Assembly (NCBI GenBank): GCA_035548895.1
Contig: DASZRP010000254.1
Coordinates: forward strand, 68 to 64,067
DNA length: 64,000 nt
Direction: 5' to 3'
DNA from: Puia sp.
Lineage (GTDB): Bacteria > Bacteroidota > Bacteroidia > Chitinophagales > Chitinophagaceae
Below are positions 20,858 through 30,123 of this stretch, in pieces; the first letter of the stretch is position 1, and every line of letters starts with the position of its first letter. The notes under the pieces are model-generated. The model ran no database searches. It was given only the letters and a program-made list of their open reading frames with translations, and was not told where the DNA came from. Made by a program: the position numbers and the translations under genes.

Positions 20858-21706
20858 TCAGAAATCAAGTTCCTTTTTCTTCCGGTCGCGGTCTACCCGC
20901 ACCGATATGCGAATGCTGATCTCATACAGCAGGATCAGCGGCAGGGCAACGATGGTCTGGCTCATCCAGTCTGGCGAAGGCGTAATGACGGCCGCCACGA
21001 ACAGAATGGCCACATAAGCATATTTCCGGTAAGTCCGCAAAAAAGAAGGTGTGATCAGTCCGATCTGCGTTAGCACATAGCTGATCAGAGGTAATTGGAA
21101 AGCAATGCCCGATCCGATCAGAATATCCAGCAGGTTGTCGAGGTAATCGTCCAGGGTAGGCCGGGTGATCAGCATGTGCGTAGTGCCCAATTGGTAGTTG
21201 GAAAGAAAGCTGAACGTAAAGGGCGCCAGGAGGAAATAGCCGAAAGCAATGCCAAGCAAAAAGAAGAAAGTGACGAAAAAGATGGACCCGCGGGTACTTT
21301 TGATTTCCCTGGGAGAAAGCGCCGGCCTTACGAATCGCCAGAACTCCCAGAACACATAGGGGAAGGCAATGATGAACCCGCAGACAAAGGCTATCGTGAT
21401 GCTGGAAATGAACTGTGAACCGAAGGCTGTGGTCTGCAGTTGTACGTTGGCGGAGGGCAGGCAAAGGGTATCGCCGATATGCAGGAAATGGCTGAGCTTG
21501 CAGAGCCCGGTCACCGAAATAAAATCGCTCTTGAGCGGTCCCATGATGACATGCTCAAACAGCCAGTCGATCTTAATAAAGGCGAACACGGCCAGAATAA
21601 CAATGGCCAGAACGGACCTTACTATATGCCAGCGCAGCACTTCCAGGTGCTCGATAAACGACATTTCAGACTGTCCGGGATTCCGGTTAAAAAACTTCAG
21701 GGCCAT
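20858..21706 (-). CDS. tatC: Twin-arginine translocase subunit TatC
   Basis: EMSFIEHLE.LR, FV.PAL, FQLP, AAVITP.PD, LYEISI. TACCTTTG -7 box at 21738-21745 (minus). Confidence 0.95.
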   Translation of the reverse strand: MALKFFNRNPGQSEMSFIEHLEVLRWHIVRSVLAIVILAVFAFIKIDWLFEHVIMGPLKSDFISVTGLCKLSHFLHIGDTLCLPSANVQLQTTAFGSQFISSITIAFVCGFIIAFPYVFWEFWRFVRPALSPREIKSTRGSIFFVTFFFLLGIAFGYFLLAPFTFSFLSNYQLGTTHMLITRPTLDDYLDNLLDILIGSGIAFQLPLISYVLTQIGLITPSFLRTYRKYAYVAILFVAAVITPSPDWMSQTIVALPLILLYEISIRISVRVDRDRKKKELDF

Positions 21707-21766
21707 AGATCATGAACTTGCCTTGTTAAAAGCCCCGCAAAGGTAACCGGAAATGACTTTATCTGC

Positions 21767-23044
21767 TCATTTAAGAAGCTTCATTCTGACCATCTCGATC
21801 CGGGTGTCGCTCACCGACAGGATCTCGAATTCGTAGTCGTCGATAATGATATGCTCTTTCAGCCGGGGAATGGCTTCATGGCGGTTAATGATGAACCCTG
21901 ACAGGGTCTCAGACTCGTTCTCGGGGAATTCCAGGTTGTATTTCTCGTTGAGATAATCCAGTTCCAGGCGGCCGGAAAAGATGAATTCTTCGTTACTCAG
22001 TTTCTTCTCCTCGAATTCTTCCGTGTCGTATTCGTCGCGGATATCGCCAAAGATCTCTTCCAACAGGTCTTCCATGGTCACAATGCCTGCCGTACCACCG
22101 AATTCGTCCACTACCCAGGCAATGCTCTTCCTTTCCCGGCTGAATTTGCTGATGAGATCGGTGGCGCTCATGCTTTCCGGTACGGCTGGAATAGGCAGCA
22201 GGATAGCCCGCATGGTAGACGGGTTCTTGAACAGGTCTAACTGATGAATATACCCCAGCACATGGTCGATATTCCCGTCGTAGACCACCAGCTTGCTCAA
22301 CTTGCTGCTGACAAATTTCCTGCGGGCTTCGTCGATGGTCAGGTTCACATCCACGCCTTCAATCTCCTTGCGGGGAACCAGGCATTCCCGGACTTTCACC
22401 TTGGGGAGGGACAGGGCCGCTTCGAACAGGTCGGTATTAAGCTGCTGCTGCTGTTCGTCCGCCTCTCCGTTCTGACGGAAAAAATGGCCAAGATCGGCTT
22501 TAGGGAACAACTCCTTGCCTTCATCGATGCGCACGTTGAACAGGTACTTCAGGATCCATTCGGAGATCCGGGTAAAGAACACCGAAACCGGGTAGAAGAA
22601 GTTATAGAAGAAATTGCAGACCGAAGCGAAAGCGTCTAACAGCGTATCGGCCTTGGCGCGGAAAAGGGCTTTGGGAATGATCTCTCCGAAGAATAAAATG
22701 AACAGGGTCGAGGTGAAGGTCTCGAACAGAAGCCTGAAAATATCGACCCAGGCCTGAGGTACGGCCGTTTTCCGGATAATGAATTCCCAGAGCGGCGAGA
22801 GTGTTTCGCCTACCAGCAAACCGAAGATCACCAGGAATATATTGAACCCGATCAGGATCGCGCTGATGAAACGGGAGGGCTGGTCGAGCAGCCTGGATAA
22901 CAGGATGCTGCGGTTCAACCCCTGTTTTTTCTTCAATTCAATGGTCAGGCGGTTCGCGTTCGCAAACGCGATCTCGATACCGGCGAAGAAAATGATCATC
23001 ACCCAGGCGATAATGATCCAGACAAGGGTATTGGTATTGATCAT
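21767..23044 (-). CDS. Hemolysin-family DUF21-CBS-CorC transporter-associated protein (GldE/TlyC-like)
   Basis: FFAGIEIAF, GEIIPK, CBS pair, VVDEFGGTAGIVTMEDLLEEIFG, CorC_HlyC C-terminus. Confidence 0.9.
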   Translation of the reverse strand: MINTNTLVWIIIAWVMIIFFAGIEIAFANANRLTIELKKKQGLNRSILLSRLLDQPSRFISAILIGFNIFLVIFGLLVGETLSPLWEFIIRKTAVPQAWVDIFRLLFETFTSTLFILFFGEIIPKALFRAKADTLLDAFASVCNFFYNFFYPVSVFFTRISEWILKYLFNVRIDEGKELFPKADLGHFFRQNGEADEQQQQLNTDLFEAALSLPKVKVRECLVPRKEIEGVDVNLTIDEARRKFVSSKLSKLVVYDGNIDHVLGYIHQLDLFKNPSTMRAILLPIPAVPESMSATDLISKFSRERKSIAWVVDEFGGTAGIVTMEDLLEEIFGDIRDEYDTEEFEEKKLSNEEFIFSGRLELDYLNEKYNLEFPENESETLSGFIINRHEAIPRLKEHIIIDDYEFEILSVSDTRIEMVRMKLLK

Positions 23045-23086
23045 GCAAATACGAATATAGCGGGAAAAACCGGGATTTGCCAGGCG

Positions 23087-23659
23087 TCAGGAGAGAATCC
23101 CCTCTTCCCGGAAGGCTTCGGTCACGATGGCCTCCGCTTCCCGGCAGGCCTGGTCCAGGTTATCGTTCGTGACGACTTTATCGAAGTGCTGCCGGAACGA
23201 GATCTCATAGGCGGCTTTATTGATCCGGTCCTGCAGGGCATCGGTCGCTTCCGTGCCCCGGCGCTCCAGGCGGCGCCTCAGTTCTTCTATCGACGGGGGT
23301 TGAACAAAAATGGAAATAGATCGTTCCCAGGACTGCTGCTGAACGTGTATGGCTCCTTTTACATCGATATCGAGGATGGGCACTTTCTTCAGTTCTTTGA
23401 TCCGCTTGATCTCCGATTTCAGGGTGCCGTAGTATTTACCTTCATACACCATTTCCCATTCTATGAATTCGTTGTTCTGTATCTTCTGATGAAATTCCTC
23501 CACCGTCAGGAAATAGTAATCCACCCCATTGATCTCCCCCGGCCTTTGCGGGCGCGTGGCCGCCGACACGGAAAAAGCCAGCTGCGGGAAACGCTGCATC
23601 AGGTATTTCGTGATGGACGTTTTGCCTGCACCCGACGGCGCCGTAATGATGATGAGCAT
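23087..23659 (-). CDS. gmk: Guanylate kinase
   Basis: APSGAGKT, SAATRP.RPGE.NG.DYYF, YYGT, DIDVKGA. Confidence 0.95.
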   Translation of the reverse strand: MLIIITAPSGAGKTSITKYLMQRFPQLAFSVSAATRPQRPGEINGVDYYFLTVEEFHQKIQNNEFIEWEMVYEGKYYGTLKSEIKRIKELKKVPILDIDVKGAIHVQQQSWERSISIFVQPPSIEELRRRLERRGTEATDALQDRINKAAYEISFRQHFDKVVTNDNLDQACREAEAIVTEAFREEGILS

Positions 23660-23670
23660 GGAAGCGGAAT

Positions 23671-24984
23671 TTATGGCTGAATGCGTTTGATAGAGGCTCC
23701 CAGCCGGTTTAGCCTTTCGTCGATATATTGATATCCCCGGTCTATCTGATCGATATTCTGGATCACACTTTTCCCTTCCGCGCTCATCGCCGCGATCAGC
23801 AGGGAGACGCCTGCGCGGATATCGGGGCTGCTCATGGTGATCCCCCGGAGACGTTGCGCACGCCCCAAACCGATCACCGCTGCCCGGTGCGGATCGCAGA
23901 GAATGATCTGGGCGCCCATGTCTAACAGCTTGTCGACAAAGAAAAGCCGGCTCTCGAACATTTTCTGATGGATCAGCACGCTGCCCTTGGCCTGGATCGC
24001 CACTACCAGCAGCACGCTCAGCAGGTCAGGCGTGAGGCCGGGCCAGGGATGATCGTAAATGGTCAGCACAGACCCATCGAGAAAAGTTTGTATCTCGTAG
24101 ACGTCCTGCGCCGGCACATGAATATCGTCGCCCTGTATGTCGAGCCGTATACCCAATTGTCTGAATTTATCGGGAATAACGCCGAGGTTCGGCAGACTGA
24201 CATCCTTGATCAATAAATCACTTTGGGTCATTGCGGCCATACCAATGAAAGAACCGATCTCGATCATGTCGGGCAGGATGCGATGTTCGGTTCCTCCCAG
24301 ATCGTTTACTCCTTCTATCTCCAGCAGATTGCTGCCAATACCGCTGATCCGGGCTCCCATGCCATTGAGCAGATGACAAAGCTGTTGAATATAGGGCTCG
24401 CAGGCTGCATTGTAAATCGTGGTCGTTCCGCTTGCCAATGAAGCCGCCATCACGATGTTGGCCGTTCCGGTAACGGACGGCTCTTCCAGCAGCATGTAAG
24501 TGCCTTTCAGCTCCGGCGCTTCCAGGCGGAAATAATCGGCTCCCTGATCGTAGAGGAACCTTGCTCCGAGTTTTTCGAAGCCGATGATATGGGTATCGAG
24601 CCGGCGGCGGCCAATCTTATCTCCGCCCGGCTTGGGAACGAAAGCTTTTTTGAAACGGGCCAGGAGAGGACCGGCTAACATGATGGAGCCGCGGAGCTTT
24701 CCGCTCTTCTTCCGGTAAGTTTCGCTGGTAAGATAATCAACATTCACATTGTCTGCCTGAAAGCTGCAAACATGGCGGGAGCTGCGTTCGGTCTTCACGC
24801 CCATCTCTTCAAGCAGTTCGATAAGGAGATTGACATCGACAATGTCCGGGATATTGGAGATAGTTACCCTGCCTTTGGTAAGCAAAACGGCGCTGATCAC
24901 CTGGAGCGCTTCGTTCTTGGCTCCCTGCGGCGTGATCTCGCCGCTCAATCGCTTGCCGCCGGTAACTTCAAACGCATTCATCAA
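23671..24984 (-). CDS. murA: UDP-N-acetylglucosamine 1-carboxyvinyltransferase (Asp at the Cys115 position)
   Basis: GAKN, PGGDKIGRR, SVTGTAN, A.EP, PD.IE, DIRAG, IDRGY. Confidence 0.95.
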   Translation of the reverse strand: MMNAFEVTGGKRLSGEITPQGAKNEALQVISAVLLTKGRVTISNIPDIVDVNLLIELLEEMGVKTERSSRHVCSFQADNVNVDYLTSETYRKKSGKLRGSIMLAGPLLARFKKAFVPKPGGDKIGRRRLDTHIIGFEKLGARFLYDQGADYFRLEAPELKGTYMLLEEPSVTGTANIVMAASLASGTTTIYNAACEPYIQQLCHLLNGMGARISGIGSNLLEIEGVNDLGGTEHRILPDMIEIGSFIGMAAMTQSDLLIKDVSLPNLGVIPDKFRQLGIRLDIQGDDIHVPAQDVYEIQTFLDGSVLTIYDHPWPGLTPDLLSVLLVVAIQAKGSVLIHQKMFESRLFFVDKLLDMGAQIILCDPHRAAVIGLGRAQRLRGITMSSPDIRAGVSLLIAAMSAEGKSVIQNIDQIDRGYQYIDERLNRLGASIKRIQP

Positions 24985-25664
24985 TACCTTTTCTTTTTGA
25001 ATTTACCGCCGCCGCGATCATTGCGATCGTTATTCCGGTTATTATTGTTGCGCTGGAATTTCTGACCACGCTTATTGCGATAGTCGCCATATCCATTGCC
25101 ACCGCGCTCCCGGTTATCGCTCGGCCGATAGCTGCGCACAAAGGGCGTATTGGTAAATTCAAGCTGTCCGTTGGTGATCGAATTCAATTCACTCTGAATG
25201 GCATCGTCATGCACGGTTTCTTTGTGCCAGTTGTTATAGGCCAGCTTCATGTAGTAAGCCACCGCATTAGCCAACCCGTTTTTCTTTTCCGGGTTTTCTT
25301 CCTGCAGTGCTTTGTCGATGATCAGCTCAAGGTTTTTGCCAAGATGCAGCAATCTCGGATAACGCTTCGGGTAAGGAAGCACATCAGGCTTCAGCTTCAG
25401 GGTTTCGCGCGTTGGGATGGGATAGGGCGAAGACACGTCGAGCTTGAAATCGGAGATCAGGAAAAGATGGTCCCAGAGTTTATGACGGAAGTCCTCCACA
25501 TTTTTCAAATGCGGATTTAGAAATCCCATGAGCTCTATCACGGCCTGCGCGTTCCTTTCCCTCGTTTCCCGGTCCTCAATGGTGACCAGGTATTCGATCA
25601 TTCGCTGGATATGCCGGCCATATTCGCGCATAATCAGATGATTGCGCGTCGTATTATATTCCAT
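24981..25664 (-). CDS. DUF4290 domain protein
   Basis: MEYNT.R..L...EYGRHIQ, KLWDHL and PYP motifs; Asn/Arg-rich tail; usual position upstream of murA in Bacteroidota. Confidence 0.85.
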   Translation of the reverse strand: MEYNTTRNHLIMREYGRHIQRMIEYLVTIEDRETRERNAQAVIELMGFLNPHLKNVEDFRHKLWDHLFLISDFKLDVSSPYPIPTRETLKLKPDVLPYPKRYPRLLHLGKNLELIIDKALQEENPEKKNGLANAVAYYMKLAYNNWHKETVHDDAIQSELNSITNGQLEFTNTPFVRSYRPSDNRERGGNGYGDYRNKRGQKFQRNNNNRNNDRNDRGGGKFKKKRY

Positions 25665-25705
25665 GATGTTACAAGGCTTTAAGCCGGCAAAATACGGAAA
25701 AAAAC

Positions 25706-26884
25706 TCAGTCTACTACTACCCGCGAAACGAACTGCCGGTCGCCATTCAGGTCCCTGGCCCGGAGGAAATAGATCCCGCGTGCGGGCTGAGCCGGCAAAT
25801 CAAGCCCGGCCAGCCGGCTTCCTGCAATCTGCACCTGCTGCGTTTGAACCACCTGCCCGGTGGTGCTGATCAGCTCGAGCGCGAACCGGCCGGTCTGCGC
25901 CTCGTCGAACTGGATATTTACCCTGCCCTTCACCGGGTTGGGATAAATATGCATGCCGGGCTGCTGATCGGCCTGCTGCAGGCTGATCATTTTAACTATT
26001 GAATAACTGATATTGCCGGCGGCGTCTGTCCGCCTGATGCGGAAATAAAATTCTCCGATATCGTGCGAGGTGGGCCGGTACTGGTATTGATAATCTGCCG
26101 CAGCCCCGACAGGCGCTGAGCCGGCAGGCACCGTCGCCAGGTCGCTCCAGTTTTCTCCATTCTTACTGTATTCGATCGTGTACACGATCCCGTTCTGATC
26201 GTTCGTGGCCAGCCATTGCAGGCTGATGATGCCGTTGTTCTTGAATACGGAGAAATTGCTGATCGTTGAGGCCAGCGGAATGGTGGGACACCAATAGTAG
26301 GTCAGGTTCAGGGTGCCGCCGATCGTGGTGGTCACGCTGGACCGGTAGTTGGATCCACCGTCAAGCGTAATCATGCCCCCATTGATATTATAACTGAAAT
26401 TCACCGTGCCTACCCCCAGGTACGCGGCGTTCCCGCCAGTGCTGGCCATATCATTAGGATCGGTAATGATATTCTCCGGGCCGTAGCTGATGGTATCTGC
26501 CGGATCTCCGTAGGGCGCAAGGGTATCGTACCCGTAAGTGGTGTTGAACACATGCGAAATGCTGATTCCCGGTCCGGTTACTTTGTTGGTGAGCGTAAGC
26601 TGAAAAAGAAAGGCTGTGCTGTCCGGTCCGGTATTCCTGGCTCCGGTTACAGAACTCCCGCTGATAACATCATGCAGGGTAACGCAGCTCAGGTTGCCGA
26701 TAGACGGATCGAATTGCTGGAAAGTAAAATTCAGCGTACTGGCTTTTGTGGGCGCAATGGTTACTGTCTGATCGATCGCGGTGGCCGGTACTCCGGCGCT
26801 GCACATACATTGGGAAAAACTTGGGTTGACGGAAATGGCTATGAAAGCCAACAGCACACCCCCCTTCAGGTAGATCTGTTTCAT
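25706..26884 (-). CDS. T9SS type A sorting-domain protein with a choice-of-anchor E-like N-terminal domain
   Basis: Signal peptide from MKQIY (ATG 26884); FQQFDPSIGNL..VTL motif; PL....F...W.T Ig-like domain; IYPNP...GIYF C-terminal domain. Confidence 0.8.
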   Translation of the reverse strand: MKQIYLKGGVLLAFIAISVNPSFSQCMCSAGVPATAIDQTVTIAPTKASTLNFTFQQFDPSIGNLSCVTLHDVISGSSVTGARNTGPDSTAFLFQLTLTNKVTGPGISISHVFNTTYGYDTLAPYGDPADTISYGPENIITDPNDMASTGGNAAYLGVGTVNFSYNINGGMITLDGGSNYRSSVTTTIGGTLNLTYYWCPTIPLASTISNFSVFKNNGIISLQWLATNDQNGIVYTIEYSKNGENWSDLATVPAGSAPVGAAADYQYQYRPTSHDIGEFYFRIRRTDAAGNISYSIVKMISLQQADQQPGMHIYPNPVKGRVNIQFDEAQTGRFALELISTTGQVVQTQQVQIAGSRLAGLDLPAQPARGIYFLRARDLNGDRQFVSRVVVD

Positions 26885-26901
26885 AGACACGGATTTTTTG
26901 A

Positions 26902-26954
26902 TGACGGTTGACGGATTCACCGCCGGAGTCCGAAGGACGCAGGCGGGTTGACGG
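26902..26954 (-). repeat. Small palindromic (REP-like) element, family 1, 5'-UTR copy
   Basis: Minus strand reads CCGTCAA-CCCGCC-TGCG-TCC-TTC-GGA-CTCC-GGCGG-TGAAT-CCGTCAACCGTCA. Related copy at 54956-55029. Confidence 0.7.
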
Positions 26955-26972
26955 AAAACTAACTCCAACTGT

Positions 26973-27010
26973 AAAAATAGCCCGCTTTTGTCGGCATCGC
27001 CAGCGGGCTA
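26973..27010 (-). terminator. Terminator-like hairpin in the leader of the T9SS cargo gene (candidate attenuator)
   Basis: Minus strand reads TAGCCCGCT-ggcgatgccgacaaa-AGCGGGCTA-TTTTT. It lies in a divergent intergenic region, so no upstream gene needs terminating. Confidence 0.6.
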
Positions 27011-27142
27011 ATACGCAAAGAACCAGATCGTAAATTCCGAATAGCCCCAACCTTGTTTTTAAGCCCCCAAAAGCCCGGTTTTCCCTTTAACTTCGCCGGA
27101 AATTCGCAGCTCCCGAAAGGGTTGAAGCTCAATAACCGGCAA

Positions 27143-27493
27143 ATGAAGCAGTCTACCATACAGATCCAGGTCGCCCTCGATGAACAGAAAATACCCGAAA
27201 CCATTCACTGGAACGCCAGCGATACTTCAGCGGAAAACCTTCGCAAGGCCAAGGCCTTTCTGCTTTCCCTCTGGGACGGCCAGGAAAAGAACGCCCTGCG
27301 CATTGATCTCTGGACCAAGGATATGATGATCGATGAAATGGAGGATTTCTTCTATCAGACGCTGGTCACCATGGCCGATACCTACGAGCGGGCTACCCGC
27401 TACAATGACCTGGCCGATCAGATCCGCCAGTTCGCCCGGGATCTGTTCCAGCAATCAAGGGCAAAACAACTCAAAGAAAATAAACTGAAATAG
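27143..27493 (+). CDS. gldC: Gliding motility protein GldC
   Basis: S.I.I.V.LDE.KIPE.I.W.A, ALRIDLWTKDM..DEM..FFYQTL..MADTY.RAT. Start ATG 27143. Confidence 0.92.
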   Translation: MKQSTIQIQVALDEQKIPETIHWNASDTSAENLRKAKAFLLSLWDGQEKNALRIDLWTKDMMIDEMEDFFYQTLVTMADTYERATRYNDLADQIRQFARDLFQQSRAKQLKENKLK

Positions 27494-27498
27494 TTGCT

Positions 27499-27951
27499 AT
27501 GAGCCTCGAACAAAAGGTAATGGCCGACCTCAAAACAGCCATGTTAGCCAAGGATGAAAAATCGCTTCGCGCCCTGCGGGCCATAAAAGCCGCGATCATT
27601 TTAGCCAAGACCTCCGAAGGTGCAGGTGGCGAGATCAAAGAAGGCGAAGAGATCAAATTATTGCAGAAGCTGGTGAAGCAACGCAAGGACTCACTCGAAA
27701 TTTATCAACAGCAAAACCGGCCCGACCTGGCTCAGAAAGAAGAGGAAGAGATCGTCGTTATAGAGCGCTTTCTGCCCAAACAGATGTCGGCCGACGAACT
27801 GAAAGCCGTATTGCAAAAAATAATCGCCGATACCGGCGCCTCCTCTCCGGCCGATATGGGCAAGGTAATGGGTGTCGCCACCAAACAGTTGGCCGGTCAG
27901 GCCGATGGCAAGGCCATCAGCGCTGCCGTAAAGGAATTGCTGAACCGATAA
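27499..27951 (+). CDS. GatB/YqeY domain protein
   Basis: DLKTAM.AKD, KQRKDS..IY, E..VIE.FLPKQMS, DMGKVMG, ADGK.IS. Confidence 0.92.
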   Translation: MSLEQKVMADLKTAMLAKDEKSLRALRAIKAAIILAKTSEGAGGEIKEGEEIKLLQKLVKQRKDSLEIYQQQNRPDLAQKEEEEIVVIERFLPKQMSADELKAVLQKIIADTGASSPADMGKVMGVATKQLAGQADGKAISAAVKELLNR

Positions 27952-29802
27952 CTATTCAACGCCGACCATCACCGGGATGTCGATATGCGTCGGATATTGT
28001 TTAGAGAAATAAATGGTCTGGGTGGCCTTGATGTAATCGCCGGGTTTCGCTTCAAAAATATTCGGCACATATTTCTGAGGATTACGGTCGATCACCGGGA
28101 ACCAGGTGCTCTGAACCTGTATCATGAAGCGATGACCTTTCCTGAATACATGATTGATCTGGTGCAGGTCGATCACGAACTCTTCCGGCCTGCCCGGCAT
28201 GAGGGGCGTCGGGTTGGAGAAACTCTTCCTGAACCTTCCGCGGAATACTTCCATCGCTACCGGCAACTGATAACCGCTCATTAGGAAATTCGCCGAGTCC
28301 CAATCCGGATATACGTCGATAAGCTTGACGATCCAGTCGGCATCGGTTCCCGTGCTCGAAGCAAAGAGATGCGCCGTGATCTGTCCGGTGACGATCACAT
28401 TCTCCTGCAGGGTATCGGTGGAAAAACAGGCCACATCGGGGCGCGTGGAGGCAAAACGCTGATCGCCCACCTGCCAGGGCCGCCAATTACTGCCCGGTCC
28501 ATAAGTTGCTTCAATAGGTAATGGGCGGTAAGGAACCGGTTTTTCCGGATCGCTCACATAGCTCACCGATCCTTTTTCCGCAGCCGGCTTTACGAATCCG
28601 GCTTTCTGATCAGGCCCTGCATAGAGATGCTGAATGGTTGCTTCTTTTGGCGGCCAGCTGCTGTAAGTTTTCCATTCATTGGTTCCCGTCTGAAAAGCAT
28701 AAGCTTCTTCAAACCGGCCGTCGCCGATGCCCTTCAGGTAGTAATCGAACCATTTCTTTTGCAGGTCGCGGAACCAATCGGCGGTATTGCTGCCCAGGGC
28801 AATCTTTCCGATGCTGTCGGCCACCAGCCTGCTCCACTGGCCGTGAAACCAGGGGCCCAGCACAATATGATTGCGGTCGAAGCTGTCGGTCTTTTCCATG
28901 TGCGCATACATGAGCTGCGGTCCGTTGATATCCTCCTGGTCGTAATAACCGCCTACATGCAGTTGCGGCACCCGGGGGCTGGAGACATAGCTTAGCGGTG
29001 AATTCTGCTGCCAGAATGCATCGTAGTTCGGATGCTCCACGAAATGGTTCCAGGTGGGCACTTTACCGTGAAAATATTTATCGTTCACGTTTTTCAGTGA
29101 GCCGAGATGGAGATACCAGTTAAACAGGTCAAACTGGGTAAAAGGAAACTGACTATCGGTAGTATGGTCGTATTCCACTTCATAAGTGTACTCCATGCCG
29201 TAGCTGAGACGGAAGGCGCCATTGTGGTGAAAATCGTCGCCCAGGAAAAGATCGCCCATGCAGGCCTGTTCGGAAGAAGCTTTTAAAGCCGGATGCGGAT
29301 CTACCGCGCCGACCAGGGCCAGCCATCCGGGATAGGAAATACCGGTGATCCCCGCCTTGCCATTGTTGTTGGGCACGTTGTGCAGCAGCCAGTCGATCGT
29401 GTCCCAGGTGTCGGTGCTTTCATCCACAGCGCCCGGGTGGGTCCGATGGATCAGGGGTTTGTGAATTTCCATGGAACCTTCGCTCTTATACTTGCCGCGT
29501 ATATCCTGGAACACGAAAATATATCCGTCGGCCGCCATGTTTGAATAGGGAAACCGCTCGGTGATTTGAATGGTTCCATTTTCTTTCGGAAAGCGCGCAT
29601 CGACCCCGTAAGGTGTACGCTGGATCAGAAAAGGATAGGGTTTTGAATGATCTGCCGGGCTCAGGATGATCGTGTTCAGCTTTACGCCATCGCGCATCGG
29701 GATCATCACGCTGATCTTCTCGTAGGGAATGGAAAGGGTCGGCTGTGAAAAACAGGCGAGGGTCAAAAACAGCATGGCTTGAAGGAGCAGTCCTTTTTTC
29801 AT
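27952..29802 (-). CDS. Secreted CocE/NonD family hydrolase (alpha-amino acid ester hydrolase-like)
   Basis: IPMRDG.KL, RTPY, QDIRG...SEG, GISYPG nucleophile, GPWFHG, PepX-like C-terminus. Confidence 0.9.
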   Translation of the reverse strand: MKKGLLLQAMLFLTLACFSQPTLSIPYEKISVMIPMRDGVKLNTIILSPADHSKPYPFLIQRTPYGVDARFPKENGTIQITERFPYSNMAADGYIFVFQDIRGKYKSEGSMEIHKPLIHRTHPGAVDESTDTWDTIDWLLHNVPNNNGKAGITGISYPGWLALVGAVDPHPALKASSEQACMGDLFLGDDFHHNGAFRLSYGMEYTYEVEYDHTTDSQFPFTQFDLFNWYLHLGSLKNVNDKYFHGKVPTWNHFVEHPNYDAFWQQNSPLSYVSSPRVPQLHVGGYYDQEDINGPQLMYAHMEKTDSFDRNHIVLGPWFHGQWSRLVADSIGKIALGSNTADWFRDLQKKWFDYYLKGIGDGRFEEAYAFQTGTNEWKTYSSWPPKEATIQHLYAGPDQKAGFVKPAAEKGSVSYVSDPEKPVPYRPLPIEATYGPGSNWRPWQVGDQRFASTRPDVACFSTDTLQENVIVTGQITAHLFASSTGTDADWIVKLIDVYPDWDSANFLMSGYQLPVAMEVFRGRFRKSFSNPTPLMPGRPEEFVIDLHQINHVFRKGHRFMIQVQSTWFPVIDRNPQKYVPNIFEAKPGDYIKATQTIYFSKQYPTHIDIPVMVGVE

Positions 29803-29826
29803 ATTGCGAGCGGAGTTTAGTATTGG

Positions 29827-30117
29827 TTACTCGTAAATCTTAAGCCGGTTGCGCAAAGCAGCGGCTTCCTGCTGAACCTGTTTCAGCTTTTCCAGAATAT
29901 GTTCCAGCGCGTCAATGCCCGGAACATTAATGTTGAGTTCGTAATAGAGCCGGCTGAAATGCTCGAGCTGCGGCATATCGTCCGGATGAATATATCCTTT
30001 AGTCTCCTGGTAGCTGATCCGGATCAGCCCATGTTCTTCCAGCGCATGAAGGAATTCAGGTTCCACCTGGTAGTAGGAACAATAGATCTCGAGCGGTATG
30101 ATTTCCTGATCAGCCAT
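29827..30117 (-). CDS. cbpM: Chaperone modulator CbpM
   Basis: MerR-like small protein (L.E.GLI, RL..EL.IN.PGID) directly downstream of a CbpA-like gene. Confidence 0.85.
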   Translation of the reverse strand: MADQEIIPLEIYCSYYQVEPEFLHALEEHGLIRISYQETKGYIHPDDMPQLEHFSRLYYELNINVPGIDALEHILEKLKQVQQEAAALRNRLKIYE

Positions 30118-30123
30118 TTCGGA

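Noticed and set aside
24990-25130. Low-complexity Asn/Arg/Gly repeats
   Set aside because: Usual disordered tail of DUF4290 proteins.
26885-27142. Upstream TTG extensions of the T9SS gene (26968) and gldC (27053)
   Set aside because: The signal peptide and GldC motifs begin at ATG 26884 and ATG 27143; the extensions run through promoter and leader elements.
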